This document shows positions 1 to 8,917 of a stretch of DNA of 64,000 bases, in pieces. The translations under genes and the position numbers were made by a program. Every line of letters begins with the position of its first letter. Within the stretch, counting starts at the first letter, position 1. The stretch is from Dehalococcoidia bacterium. Its GTDB lineage: Bacteria > Chloroflexota > Dehalococcoidia > Lucifugimonadales > Lucifugimonadaceae. The stretch covers positions 3,508-67,507 of the forward strand of contig SHXW01000009.1 of assembly GCA_009693115.1 (NCBI GenBank), written 5' to 3'. A model generated the notes under the pieces. The model made no database searches, was not told the origin of the DNA, and was given only the letters and a program-made list of their open reading frames with translations.

Positions 1-413
1 AACTTCACAACGAGGTTGTCCTTGATGACCGGCTCAAGGACTCAAACGGGATACCCGCGCCCAGAGTGCGCTACAAGACATCCACCAATACGCGCAAACT
101 GCTCGACCACGGCATCCGCAACGCGCGCCGCGTCTTCGAAGCCGCTGGCGCACACAAGTCTCTCGTGACGCCGCTGTTGCGCGCCGGCGGCTGGCACCTG
201 ATGGGCACCGCCCGCATGGGCGACGATCCGGAGACCTCAGTGGTGAACAAATACGGGCAGGCGCATGATGCCGACAACCTTTTCATAGTGGACGGGTCTC
301 TCTTCGTCACGTCCGGGGCTGTGAACCCTACGCCGACCATCCAGGCGCTCGCGCTCTGGGTATCCGAACACATCGCGACAACACGAGGTGATTTGAAGGC
401 TTCAGCGAACTGA
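1..413 (+). CDS. GMC-family FAD oxidoreductase, C-terminal part (5' end lies outside the window)
   Basis: Frame is open from base 3. LHNEVVLDDRLKDSNGIPAPRV...GGWHLMGTARMGDDP...DNLFIVDGSLFVTSGAVNPTPTIQALA is the conserved GMC C-terminal region and aligns residue-for-residue with the C-terminus of the 1000..2637 paralogue. Confidence 0.85.
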   Translation, partial: LHNEVVLDDRLKDSNGIPAPRVRYKTSTNTRKLLDHGIRNARRVFEAAGAHKSLVTPLLRAGGWHLMGTARMGDDPETSVVNKYGQAHDADNLFIVDGSLFVTSGAVNPTPTIQALALWVSEHIATTRGDLKASAN

Positions 414-527
414 ACACTGATCGTCTACTGAGTTCACGATGACATTGCCGAACGATCTCCCCTCCCAGCGGGAGAGGGGTCACATGGACCCGAGATTAAC
501 AACAGCGCAAACAGGCGGGACAAGAAG

Positions 528-995
528 ATGCCAACTAAAGAAAAACAACTTACAAATGCCGACCGGATGATGCTCAAGACTGTCCTGGACCGGGTCATCC
601 CGCCGGTTGATGACCTGCCCGGTGCAGGGGCGATGGGCCTCGCCGCGCAGGTAGAAAACATCGCAGGCAGAGTCCCGCGCCTGCACGGCTCGCTGATCAA
701 GATGGTGGGTGCCCTGTCACTCGACCTGCACTCGCATGCAAAAGGCGGCTTCAACTCGCTCACAACCGACCAGCAGGACGAAGCGCTGCGGACAATCGAA
801 AGCGCGCTGCCGGGCGAGTTCGGCAACTTTTTGGAACTCGTCTTCCTGGCCTATTACGGCGACAGCCGCGTCCACAAGCGCATCGGGTGGCACGGCCGCC
901 CGCCGCAGCCTGAAGGCTACGAGATGGAGCCGTTCGACGAGGCAATTCTCGAAACAGCCCGCAAGCGCGAGCCGTTCTGGCGCAAGGACAAGTAG
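528..995 (+). CDS. gluconate 2-dehydrogenase subunit 3 (gamma)-like small subunit
   Basis: 155 aa. LDRVIPPVDDLPGAGAMG...FLELVFLAYYGDSRVHKRIGW resembles the small subunit that accompanies membrane GMC dehydrogenases. It sits directly upstream of a GMC flavoprotein gene. No twin-arginine motif is visible at the N-terminus. Confidence 0.65.
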   Translation: MPTKEKQLTNADRMMLKTVLDRVIPPVDDLPGAGAMGLAAQVENIAGRVPRLHGSLIKMVGALSLDLHSHAKGGFNSLTTDQQDEALRTIESALPGEFGNFLELVFLAYYGDSRVHKRIGWHGRPPQPEGYEMEPFDEAILETARKREPFWRKDK

Positions 996-999
996 CGCC

Positions 1000-2637
1000 G
1001 TGCCGTCTGTTGAACGCGGCGACACCGCTGACATCCTGATCATCGGTTCGGGTGCCTCCGGCGCGGCAGCCGGGTGGCTCCTCGCAAGGAACGGGTTCAA
1101 GGTCGTGTGCCTTGAGCAGGGGCCGTGGGTAAGGCCATCCGAGTTCGTGACGGACGAGCCAGACTGGGAGGTCCGGGTCCGGGACGCATGGCACTTCAAC
1201 CCGAACGTGCGGGCCCTGCCCCAGGACTACCCGGTCAACGACGCTGCATCGCCCATCAAGCCGCTCATGTTCAACGCCGTCGGAGGCTCGACAATCCACT
1301 GGACGGCGCATGCGCCGCGCTTCCACCCCTCGGATTTCAGGGTAAGAACGCTCGACGGCGTGGCAGACGACTGGCCGATCTCATACTGGGACCTCGAACC
1401 GTACTACGACCTCAACGACAGGATGATGGGCTGCTCCGGCATTGCAGGTGACCCTGCGAACCCGTCACAAACACCGCGCCCCATGCCTCCGATGCCCGTG
1501 GGCAACGACGTGAAGGTGCTGGTCAAGGGCTTTGAAAAGCTCGGCTGGCACTGGTGGCCTTCGGACAACTTCATGAACTCCGTGCCCTACAAGGGCCGCA
1601 ACGCCTGCAACCACTGCGGCGTGAACGGGTTGGGCTGCCGCCTGGGAGCGAAGGGCAGCACTGACCTGACCTACTGGCCCGAGGCGATCAAGATGGGCGC
1701 AGAGGTTCGGCCATGGTCGCGCGTCTATGAAGTCGCGACGGGCGCCGACGGCCGCGTGACGGGAGCGCGCTACTTTGACCGTGATGGGGAAAAGCAGTTC
1801 CAGCCCGCCCGCGCCGTCATCGTCGCCTGCAACGGTGTCGGCACGCCGCGCACGCTCCTCCTTTCGAAGTCAGCCCGACACCCGGACGGCCTCGCCAACT
1901 CCAACGGTCTGGTGGGCAGGAACATGATGTTCCACCCATATTCGAGCGCGACGGGCTTCTTCCAAGATGACCTTGAGAGCTACCGCGGCGCAGGAGCGAA
2001 CATCATCTGGTCACAGGAGTTTTATGAGACGGACAGGTCCCGGGGCTTCCTGCGCGGTTATACCTTCCAGATAGGCCGCGGCACCGGCCCAGGCCAGACG
2101 GCCATGGGCCTCATCCGCCAGCCCAATTCCACTGCGGTCAGGCCCGGCGCATGGGGCCCGCAACACCACGACGAGTTCAAGAGCCGCTTTGGCAGGACCA
2201 TGGGCATGGCCGCGATATGCGAAGACCTGCCGGAACTGCACAACCGGATTGAGCTTGACCCGCACCTGACCGACTCGAACGGCATCCCTGCGCCGCGGGT
2301 CAGTTACACACTTGGCGAGAACTCGAAGCAGATGCTCGCACACGGGGCTTTGATGGCGACCAAAGCCCTGAAGGCCGCGGGCGCGGTAAAGGTTTCCACG
2401 ACGCCTCTCATCGAGCAGGGCGGGTGGCACCTGATGGGGACGGCGCGCATGGGAGATGACCCCATGGCCTCGGTCGTTGACCGCCACGGGCAGGCGCACG
2501 GCGTGGACAACCTGTTCATTGTGGACGGCAGCACGTTCGTTACAAGCGCGGGCGTGAACCCTACGCCCACGATCCAGGCGGTCGCACTTTGGGCCGCAGA
2601 CTACATTTCCAAAAAGCGGACGGACCTGAAGGGATAA
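1000..2637 (+). CDS. GMC-family FAD-dependent oxidoreductase (flavoprotein subunit)
   Basis: The track ORF 709..2637 overlaps the upstream gene. An in-frame GTG at 1000 sits 5 nt after that gene's stop and gives VPSVERGDTADILIIGSGASGAAAG (Rossmann GxGxxG) at the N-terminus. The C-terminus has GGWHLMGTARMGDDP...NPTPTIQA. Confidence 0.85.
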   Translation: MPSVERGDTADILIIGSGASGAAAGWLLARNGFKVVCLEQGPWVRPSEFVTDEPDWEVRVRDAWHFNPNVRALPQDYPVNDAASPIKPLMFNAVGGSTIHWTAHAPRFHPSDFRVRTLDGVADDWPISYWDLEPYYDLNDRMMGCSGIAGDPANPSQTPRPMPPMPVGNDVKVLVKGFEKLGWHWWPSDNFMNSVPYKGRNACNHCGVNGLGCRLGAKGSTDLTYWPEAIKMGAEVRPWSRVYEVATGADGRVTGARYFDRDGEKQFQPARAVIVACNGVGTPRTLLLSKSARHPDGLANSNGLVGRNMMFHPYSSATGFFQDDLESYRGAGANIIWSQEFYETDRSRGFLRGYTFQIGRGTGPGQTAMGLIRQPNSTAVRPGAWGPQHHDEFKSRFGRTMGMAAICEDLPELHNRIELDPHLTDSNGIPAPRVSYTLGENSKQMLAHGALMATKALKAAGAVKVSTTPLIEQGGWHLMGTARMGDDPMASVVDRHGQAHGVDNLFIVDGSTFVTSAGVNPTPTIQAVALWAADYISKKRTDLKG

Positions 2638-2716
2638 ACCCCTCTCCCAGCGGAATGCCCTCATCCCGAGCGAAGCCGAGGGATCTTCGGCGGTGTGGTG
2701 GGATTAGAGGGCGCCT

Positions 2717-3181
2717 CTACCGCCGTCCCAACTTCTTCTTGCCCTTCGCCGCCGGGGCCTCTTTCAACGAACCCGGCGCGGCGGGACTCCTGGCAATGGG
2801 CTTTCGCTGGCTCACACGCTCTCCGCGCCAGTACACATCCGGCTTTCCGCCGGTGCGGACGGACCTGGACCGGCGGCTGAAGTTTCGCTTCTGCATTGAC
2901 CAGATGTAGCCCGCGGTGAATAGGAACAACGCCCCAAGGACGAATGGCAAGGCCTGGTCACTCATGACCAGAGATAACAGGACGAAGAGGAGGGCGCCCA
3001 GCATCAACAGCCCTGGGCTGAAGCGCAGCCACGACGGTTTTGCCCGGCCAGGCGAACGGGCCATCCGCAGTGATGACGGGCGCTCGCCAGTCTTCTCCAA
3101 GATCTGTTCCACTTCCCGCTGTACCCGGTCATTCGGCCCTTCGGGGCCGCTGGTAGAAACTGGCATATATCCCCTACTCAC
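2717..3181 (-). CDS. hypothetical small membrane protein
   Basis: ORF with two adjacent hydrophobic segments (PGLLMLGALLFVLLSLVM, LPFVLGALFLFTAGYIW) and a basic tail. The start is GTG 3181 or ATG 3166 (AGGGGA just upstream). No family recognised. Confidence 0.45.
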   Translation of the reverse strand: MSRGYMPVSTSGPEGPNDRVQREVEQILEKTGERPSSLRMARSPGRAKPSWLRFSPGLLMLGALLFVLLSLVMSDQALPFVLGALFLFTAGYIWSMQKRNFSRRSRSVRTGGKPDVYWRGERVSQRKPIARSPAAPGSLKEAPAAKGKKKLGRR

Positions 3182-3356
3182 GGTTGCTGGTCAGGCTTCA
3201 GATATCCACTTCGGTCCTGCAGCCCCGACGCCATGAATCGCATATGAGCCCATGATCGCGCTTCCAGCCGTCGTCCGAGTTGGCCTGCTCGCCATTCTTG
3301 TCTGTGCCAACTGCCACATCCTTCGAAAGACTCACGACGGCGATCCCGGGGCCCGT

Positions 3357-4607
3357 TCATACCTTCCTGAACGAAGGAGAAAGCAGGAAAAAGAGGAGAG
3401 CGACGGGCGTACCGCACAGGGCGCTGATGATCAGAGCCTGTTCATTGCCGAACGTCACAGCCAACGCGCCGCCCACCATCCACCCGATCGGGAACGCCTC
3501 GGACGCTATCCCCCACACACTCATCACCCTGCCGCGCATCTGGTCGCCGGCACGGGACTGAAAGACGCTGACAGCGGCGTTGTGCCAGAACGGCCCCGAA
3601 AAGCCCACGATGAATAACAGCGTCATCGAAAGGGGCATGGACCGGGAGAAGCCGAAAGCCGCGGCCCCGCTGTCCCAGACCAGGCCGGAGAGGAGCATCG
3701 TCAACCCCTTGCGCCGGAAGTTGCCAAAGGCGGAGATGGTAAGCGCGCCGCACAGAAACCCTGCCCCCATCGCTCCCGCCAGCAGCCCATATCCCGCCGC
3801 GCCGGCGTGAAGCACGTCCCTCGCATAAACAGGCACCAGGGGCATGATGGCCACCGCAAAGAGGTTCTGCAGGAATGCCAGCACGGTAAGCACAGCCAGC
3901 GGTTGAGCGCGCCTTACGAAGGAGACACCCTCCCTGAGATCCGCGAAGACAGACCTTTTTTCCACAGCACGTTGGCGCTCCGGTTCCCTGACACGCATGA
4001 TGATGATGACCGCCGCCGCATACCCGCCCGCCACGACCCAGAACACAACGTCCGCCGTAGCCCAGGCCAGCATGGCCCCTGCGATCGCTGGACCGGCCAT
4101 CTCCATGGAACTCCACGACAGGCTGGTGAGGCCGAGCGCGTTGGAAATCCTTGTACCGGGCACAAGGCTGGCGACGAGTGACAAGGACGCAGGCAGTGTG
4201 AAGGCTATGACGGTCCCTGTCGCTGCCGAAAAGGCCACGATGTGCCACGCCTCGACCTCCCCGGTCACTATGAGAAGGCCCGTTGCCACGGCGAGTATGG
4301 CAAGCACCGTCCACCCTGCCGCGAGGACCGCCTTGCGCGGGAACCTGTCGGCCGCGACACCCCCGAACAGGCCGAAGACAATAGCCGGCACGCCGCGCGC
4401 TCCGGCCGAAAGGCCCACCCACAAGGCGGAGCCGGTGAGATCCAGCACAACCCAGGACTGGGCCGCGAGGCGCAGGTTGCCGCTGAAGTCAAACATGACC
4501 CCTGCGGCAAGAAGGTTGCGAAAGGCAGGGAGAGCCAGAATGTCCAATCCGCCGGGCCTGATGCGCATGAGCGCCGCCGCTGCCCTTGCCTTCATTCCCG
4601 CAGCCAT
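3357..4607 (-). CDS. MFS transporter
   Basis: Multi-pass hydrophobic protein paralogous to the next gene (LAAQSWVVLDLTGSALWVGL...GGVAADRFPRK). Start set to ATG 4607, which shares 1 nt with the upstream gene's TGA (TGATG on the minus strand). The track start at 4706 would overlap by 100 nt. Confidence 0.8.
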   Translation of the reverse strand: MAAGMKARAAAALMRIRPGGLDILALPAFRNLLAAGVMFDFSGNLRLAAQSWVVLDLTGSALWVGLSAGARGVPAIVFGLFGGVAADRFPRKAVLAAGWTVLAILAVATGLLIVTGEVEAWHIVAFSAATGTVIAFTLPASLSLVASLVPGTRISNALGLTSLSWSSMEMAGPAIAGAMLAWATADVVFWVVAGGYAAAVIIIMRVREPERQRAVEKRSVFADLREGVSFVRRAQPLAVLTVLAFLQNLFAVAIMPLVPVYARDVLHAGAAGYGLLAGAMGAGFLCGALTISAFGNFRRKGLTMLLSGLVWDSGAAAFGFSRSMPLSMTLLFIVGFSGPFWHNAAVSVFQSRAGDQMRGRVMSVWGIASEAFPIGWMVGGALAVTFGNEQALIISALCGTPVALLFFLLSPSFRKV

Positions 4608-5836
4608 CACGACCTCCTCAGCACAGGAGATGCGGCGAATGCGACCAGCGTCAGCCCCGCTCCCGCCGCCGCTGCGATGACGAGGGCATGTTCGTTTCCG
4701 ATCCACTGCGCCAGCGCACCACCTATGAACCAGCCCACAGCTGCGAACTCGGCGGTAATGGAAAAGATGCTCATCACGCGGCCCCGCATCTGGTCACTGG
4801 ACATGCTTTGGAGCATGGTGACAAGGGCGTTGCCGTAGTACGCACCGGCGACCCCGATCACGAATACCAGAAACATCGAGAGCGGGAACGTACGGCTGAA
4901 CCCGAACCCGGCCATCGCCACGTCCCATACGAGTGTGGCGATCAGTATCACCATCCCCTTGCGCTTCACGACAGGCATGAGTGCGAGGAGCACCGACCCG
5001 CAGAACAGGCCAAGCCCAAACGCCCCGGTTAGCAGCCCGTAACCTGCCGCCCCCCTGTTGAGGATGTCCTTCGCATAAAACGGCAGGAGCGGGTGTATGG
5101 CCGAATGTGCGATGGTCGTCAGGCTTATGACCAGGAGCCAGGCGATGTGCGGGGTGTTACGGACATATGAGAGCCCGGCACGGAGTTCCCGGGCCATGGG
5201 CGCTGGCCGGGCAGCCTCTGTCTTCTGCGCCCTGATGAAGAGGATGCCTATCGCGCCGCTCATGTAGAGGGCGGCAGCGATGTAGAACACAGCGTCTGCG
5301 CCCGTGCCGGCCAGCAACGCGCCTGCCATGACGGGTCCCGCTATCGCGCCCGCGTTTGACACCACCGCCATCATCGAGTTCGCCACCCAGAGCCTGGATT
5401 TGCCAGCGAGGTCAAATATGAAGGCGTAGTACGCAGGACTGCCAAATGAAATCACTGCGCCTATGCCAAGCGATACGCCGATCAGGTGCCAGGGACGGAC
5501 AGATCCGGTAGATATGAGCAGCGCCGCAGTCAGGGCGAGCCCGGCCAGCCCCGACCTGACCCAGAACAGTATGTGACGCCGGTCCATGCGGTCCGTAACC
5601 ACGCCTCCGACAAGGGAAAGCGCAAGCACCGGGAATATGCGCACGCCGTTTACGAGGCCCACCCACACCGGCTGGTTGGTGAGCTCCAGCACAACCCACG
5701 ACTGCGCCGCGATGCGCAGGTAGTACCCCATGTCCAGCACGAACGTATTGAGCAGCATCCAGCGGAAGTCGCGGCCAGCCAGCAGGTCCAGCCACGGCGG
5801 ACGCCTTGTGAAGTTCGGGCGCGGAAATGCAACCAC
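4607..5836 (-). CDS. MFS transporter (tandem paralogue)
   Basis: 409 aa with about 12 hydrophobic segments. IAAQSWVVLELTNQPVWVGL...GGVVTDRMDRR matches the MFS loop 2-3 motif region and parallels the downstream paralogue. Confidence 0.8.
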   Translation of the reverse strand: MVAFPRPNFTRRPPWLDLLAGRDFRWMLLNTFVLDMGYYLRIAAQSWVVLELTNQPVWVGLVNGVRIFPVLALSLVGGVVTDRMDRRHILFWVRSGLAGLALTAALLISTGSVRPWHLIGVSLGIGAVISFGSPAYYAFIFDLAGKSRLWVANSMMAVVSNAGAIAGPVMAGALLAGTGADAVFYIAAALYMSGAIGILFIRAQKTEAARPAPMARELRAGLSYVRNTPHIAWLLVISLTTIAHSAIHPLLPFYAKDILNRGAAGYGLLTGAFGLGLFCGSVLLALMPVVKRKGMVILIATLVWDVAMAGFGFSRTFPLSMFLVFVIGVAGAYYGNALVTMLQSMSSDQMRGRVMSIFSITAEFAAVGWFIGGALAQWIGNEHALVIAAAAGAGLTLVAFAASPVLRRS

Positions 5837-6010
5837 AATAGACCGGCCTGCAAGTGAAAAGCCGTGATGCGCCGTTCAGTCGGAGCGAAGCAGTCCGTCA
5901 GCGCCATGGCGCTCCGCTGGCCTTGTCCGCCAACTCCGCGGACCAGGATGACGGCCCTCAGTGACAGGTCGATCACCCGGGGAAAGGCAGCCTCTACAAC
6001 AGGGCAGGGG

Positions 6011-6487
6011 CTACTCCGGCAGGCCCGCCATGACCCGGAGCAGGTCGTGACGGGAAACGATCCCCACAACGTTGCCCGCCCGCAAGACGGGGATATGGTG
6101 GACGTTCTGGTGGATCATCCTGGCGGCGACATCTGAAACCGGAGTCTCCTCTGTGGCCGTGGGCACGTGCCTGGCCATCACGTCAGCCACCTTGCGGTCA
6201 CGCGCCTCTCTCAGAACCTTCTCTATTTCCTGATCGCCCTTCACGAACTGGCCCAGGAAGACGAGCAGCGTACCCCTCTTGAAGGGCAAGCCCTCCTCAT
6301 GCGGCAGGAGAGTGCGCTCAGTCACCATCCCCAGGTACTTGCCGTCCGCACCGACGACCGGCAGCCCCCCGATCTGATGTTCGAGCAGGATCTTGACCGC
6401 ATCGGCCACCGACTTGTCCCTGCCGATTGTCAGCACCGGGGACGTCATTATGTCCTTTACCGTGTGACCGGCGGTTTCTTTTGCCAT
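6011..6487 (-). CDS. CBS domain pair protein
   Basis: 158 aa with two CBS-like units (VKDIMTSPVLTIGRDKSVADAVKILLEHQIGGLPVV and VADVMARHVPTATEETPVSDVAARMIHQNVHHIPVL). Confidence 0.8.
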   Translation of the reverse strand: MAKETAGHTVKDIMTSPVLTIGRDKSVADAVKILLEHQIGGLPVVGADGKYLGMVTERTLLPHEEGLPFKRGTLLVFLGQFVKGDQEIEKVLREARDRKVADVMARHVPTATEETPVSDVAARMIHQNVHHIPVLRAGNVVGIVSRHDLLRVMAGLPE

Positions 6488-6529
6488 TGACGGAGTTCTC
6501 CCTGACGATCCGGAAACGTGCTGTCGCCG

Positions 6530-7591
6530 CTACTTTGCAGGCGATGGGCCCTGAAGGTACTTGAACAGTTCGCTGTTGGCGTCAAGCACCACCGTCGTGT
6601 CTGTCTTGAGCGCTATCTTGTACGCTTCGAGCGACCTCCGGAAGGCGTAGAACTCCGGGTCCTGCGAAAGCGCCGAGTCGAGGATGACAATGGCCGCTCG
6701 CTCCGCTTCGCCGCGCAGGCGGGCGGACGTGCCTTCTGCGTTCTGCACCGTGATGCTGACGTCGCGGTCAACCTCGGCCCGGATTTCCGCATCGCGCTGC
6801 GAGCCTTCGGCTCTCAGGCCGCTGGCGATCCTTTCGCGCTCGGCCTTCATGCGTGCGTAAATGCTGCTGGCGATGTCCGGCGGGAAGTCAGCCGCCTGGA
6901 TGCGGACATCAACTATCTCTATTCCCTGCCTCTTGCTCAGGGGCACCAGATACGTGACCTTGTTCTGGCCCAGAACAGCAGGGGCGGGTTCGCTCTCAAG
7001 AGCCATCAACTCCTGCTCCGTGGGCCTGCGGCCGCGGGCCGAAGACTGGAGCGCGTCGGTCGTGATTGATATCGACAATGTGGCGTCCCTGAGCTTGCCG
7101 GGCAAGGCCATGGCCACATGACGCTCGATCTCCAGGGAGTTCGATGCGTACGTGATCCTGCGCATGATCTCTTCGCGGTTCGGTCCGATCACGTCGTCCT
7201 GCTGGTCGAGTGCCACTTCCCGGCGCAGTTCAGATGCGACGATGTCTCCCACCCGGGCCTCCGCCCCGCGCTCGTCCCTGAGCGACTGGAAGAACAGCAG
7301 CGGGTCCGTGATCTTGTAGCGCGCATATGCGTCTATGACCAGGTTCCGCTTGTCCGCAGTCAGGACCGAAGCTGACGGTGCGTCAACCCTGAGCAGGCGC
7401 TTGTCGAAACGGGTGACCTGCTGGGTGAACGGTTGCTTCACGTACAGGCCGGGCGACGTGTAGTCCTCTTTGAACTTGCCGAACTCGGTCACAATGGCGA
7501 GTTGCGTCTCGTCAACTGTGAAAAACGTCTGCGGCAGGACGATTAGCGCGCCGACAATGGCGACGACGATTCCTACTAGGGCTGCTGTCAT
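6530..7591 (-). CDS. hflC: SPFH/band-7 protease modulator HflC
   Basis: N-terminal TM segment followed by the SPFH core (FFTVDETQLAIVTEFGKF...LTADKRNLVIDAYARYKI) and a C-terminal ERERIASGLRAEG coiled region. It overlaps hflK by ATGA. It carries an insertion of about 60-70 aa in the middle. Confidence 0.8.
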   Translation of the reverse strand: MTAALVGIVVAIVGALIVLPQTFFTVDETQLAIVTEFGKFKEDYTSPGLYVKQPFTQQVTRFDKRLLRVDAPSASVLTADKRNLVIDAYARYKITDPLLFFQSLRDERGAEARVGDIVASELRREVALDQQDDVIGPNREEIMRRITYASNSLEIERHVAMALPGKLRDATLSISITTDALQSSARGRRPTEQELMALESEPAPAVLGQNKVTYLVPLSKRQGIEIVDVRIQAADFPPDIASSIYARMKAERERIASGLRAEGSQRDAEIRAEVDRDVSITVQNAEGTSARLRGEAERAAIVILDSALSQDPEFYAFRRSLEAYKIALKTDTTVVLDANSELFKYLQGPSPAK

Positions 7592-8751
7592 CGCGCGGGC
7601 CTCACTTCGGGGATGCGCGACGGCACGGCCGTCGGCGTGGGCGAATTGGATGAGAGGCCCTGGTTGAGCGGGAGAAGCGGCAGGACGCTCTGGTCTGAGA
7701 CGATGAATTTCTTGATGCCGGGGAGGATCTCCTCCATGGCCTCCAGGTATAGGCGCTGGCGGGTCACTTCCTTGGAACGGTTGTAACCCTCCAGGATGGC
7801 CTTAAAGCCGTCCGCTTCACCCTTCGCCCTGGCTATGCGGCCCTGGCTGAAGCCCTGGGCCTCCTGGGTGATCTTGGCTGCCTGCCCTGTCGCCTTGGGG
7901 AGCTGATCTGCCTTGTACGCCTCTGCAAGGTTGATCGCCCGTTCTCTGTCCTCTCGAGCCCGGACAACGTCTTCAAAGGCCGCCTGCACATCCCTGGGCG
8001 GGTTTACGTTCTGAAGCAGGACCTGCTGTACTTCTATTCCGGTCTCGTATCGGTTCAGGAGTTCCCGCATCTTCAGGAGCACCTCGGTCTGAACCTGTTC
8101 CTTCTGGGTCGTCAGGATGTCGTCAATGGGCCGGGTCCCCACGACCTGGCGCAGCGCCGTCTCGGCCACATCTCGCAGCGTCTTGCCATCCGGCTCGCCG
8201 GGGGAGACTCCGCGGTCAGACTCGCCGGGGTCATCTACCTTGAAAAGGAAGTTCGGCAGGTTGCTGATGCGGTACTGGATGACGGCCTGCACGTCCACGA
8301 TGTTAATGTCCCCGGTGATCATCAGGGACTCTTCCGGGTGCGACCCCGCTCGCTCGAGGCCGCCTGCACCGCTGCGGAATCCTAGCTCCATACGGCGCGT
8401 GGTGGTGACGCGGACCACGTTTCGCGTGCCTATGGGCGCTGGCCAGTACCAGTGCAGGCCCTCCGTCGAAGTGCCTGTGAATTTGCCGAACGTGCGAATG
8501 GCCGCTTCCTGGTCAGGGCTGACCGTGTAGAACCCGGTGCCGAGCCAGATGGCGATGCCGACCACGATGACAAGGAGGGCCAACAGCCCGCCTCCGCCGC
8601 GGCCCACGCCAGAGCCCTGGGGCAACCCGCTCTTAAACTTGTCCCAGATGTCACTTAACTGGGGAGACTGCTCGTCCTGCCTTTGTTGCTGCGGGGGACG
8701 GTACAACTTTTCGTCCCTGATGCCCGCAGCCTGTCCTTCAAACTCTGCCAT
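7588..8751 (-). CDS. hflK: SPFH/band-7 protease modulator HflK
   Basis: SPFH core (FYTVSPDQEAAIRTFGKF...ITGDINIVDVQAVIQYRI) and a C-terminal EAYKADQLPKATGQAAKI region. Start moved to ATG 8751 (MAEFEGQ...) because the first 74 track residues are non-protein-like and run into the upstream intergenic region. Confidence 0.8.
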   Translation of the reverse strand: MAEFEGQAAGIRDEKLYRPPQQQRQDEQSPQLSDIWDKFKSGLPQGSGVGRGGGGLLALLVIVVGIAIWLGTGFYTVSPDQEAAIRTFGKFTGTSTEGLHWYWPAPIGTRNVVRVTTTRRMELGFRSGAGGLERAGSHPEESLMITGDINIVDVQAVIQYRISNLPNFLFKVDDPGESDRGVSPGEPDGKTLRDVAETALRQVVGTRPIDDILTTQKEQVQTEVLLKMRELLNRYETGIEVQQVLLQNVNPPRDVQAAFEDVVRAREDRERAINLAEAYKADQLPKATGQAAKITQEAQGFSQGRIARAKGEADGFKAILEGYNRSKEVTRQRLYLEAMEEILPGIKKFIVSDQSVLPLLPLNQGLSSNSPTPTAVPSRIPEVRPAR

Positions 8752-8917
8752 CGCGACTCCTGCAATGCGCGTCTCAGCGTCAAACACCGCGAAAACGGCA
8801 GCAAATAGGCTACAAGAAAAGTGGCGGCCACACCAACTCGCCGCAGTGACAACGTGCAAGTATAACTGCGAAACGCTCAATCGTATGGAGAAACCCGGAA
8901 CGGCGGGACCAACCGGC

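Noticed and set aside
709-999. 5' extensions of track ORFs: 709-999 of the GMC gene, 8752-8973 of hflK, 29499-29735 of nadE, 36727-36825 of gltB, 38136-38192 of glnA, 17237-17302 of etfB, 39182-39376 of rpsL, 53918-54199 of adk and 63768-63890 of prfA
   Set aside because: The extensions overlap upstream genes or intergenic repeats and lack conservation. An internal start reproduces the canonical N-terminus and/or has a Shine-Dalgarno sequence.
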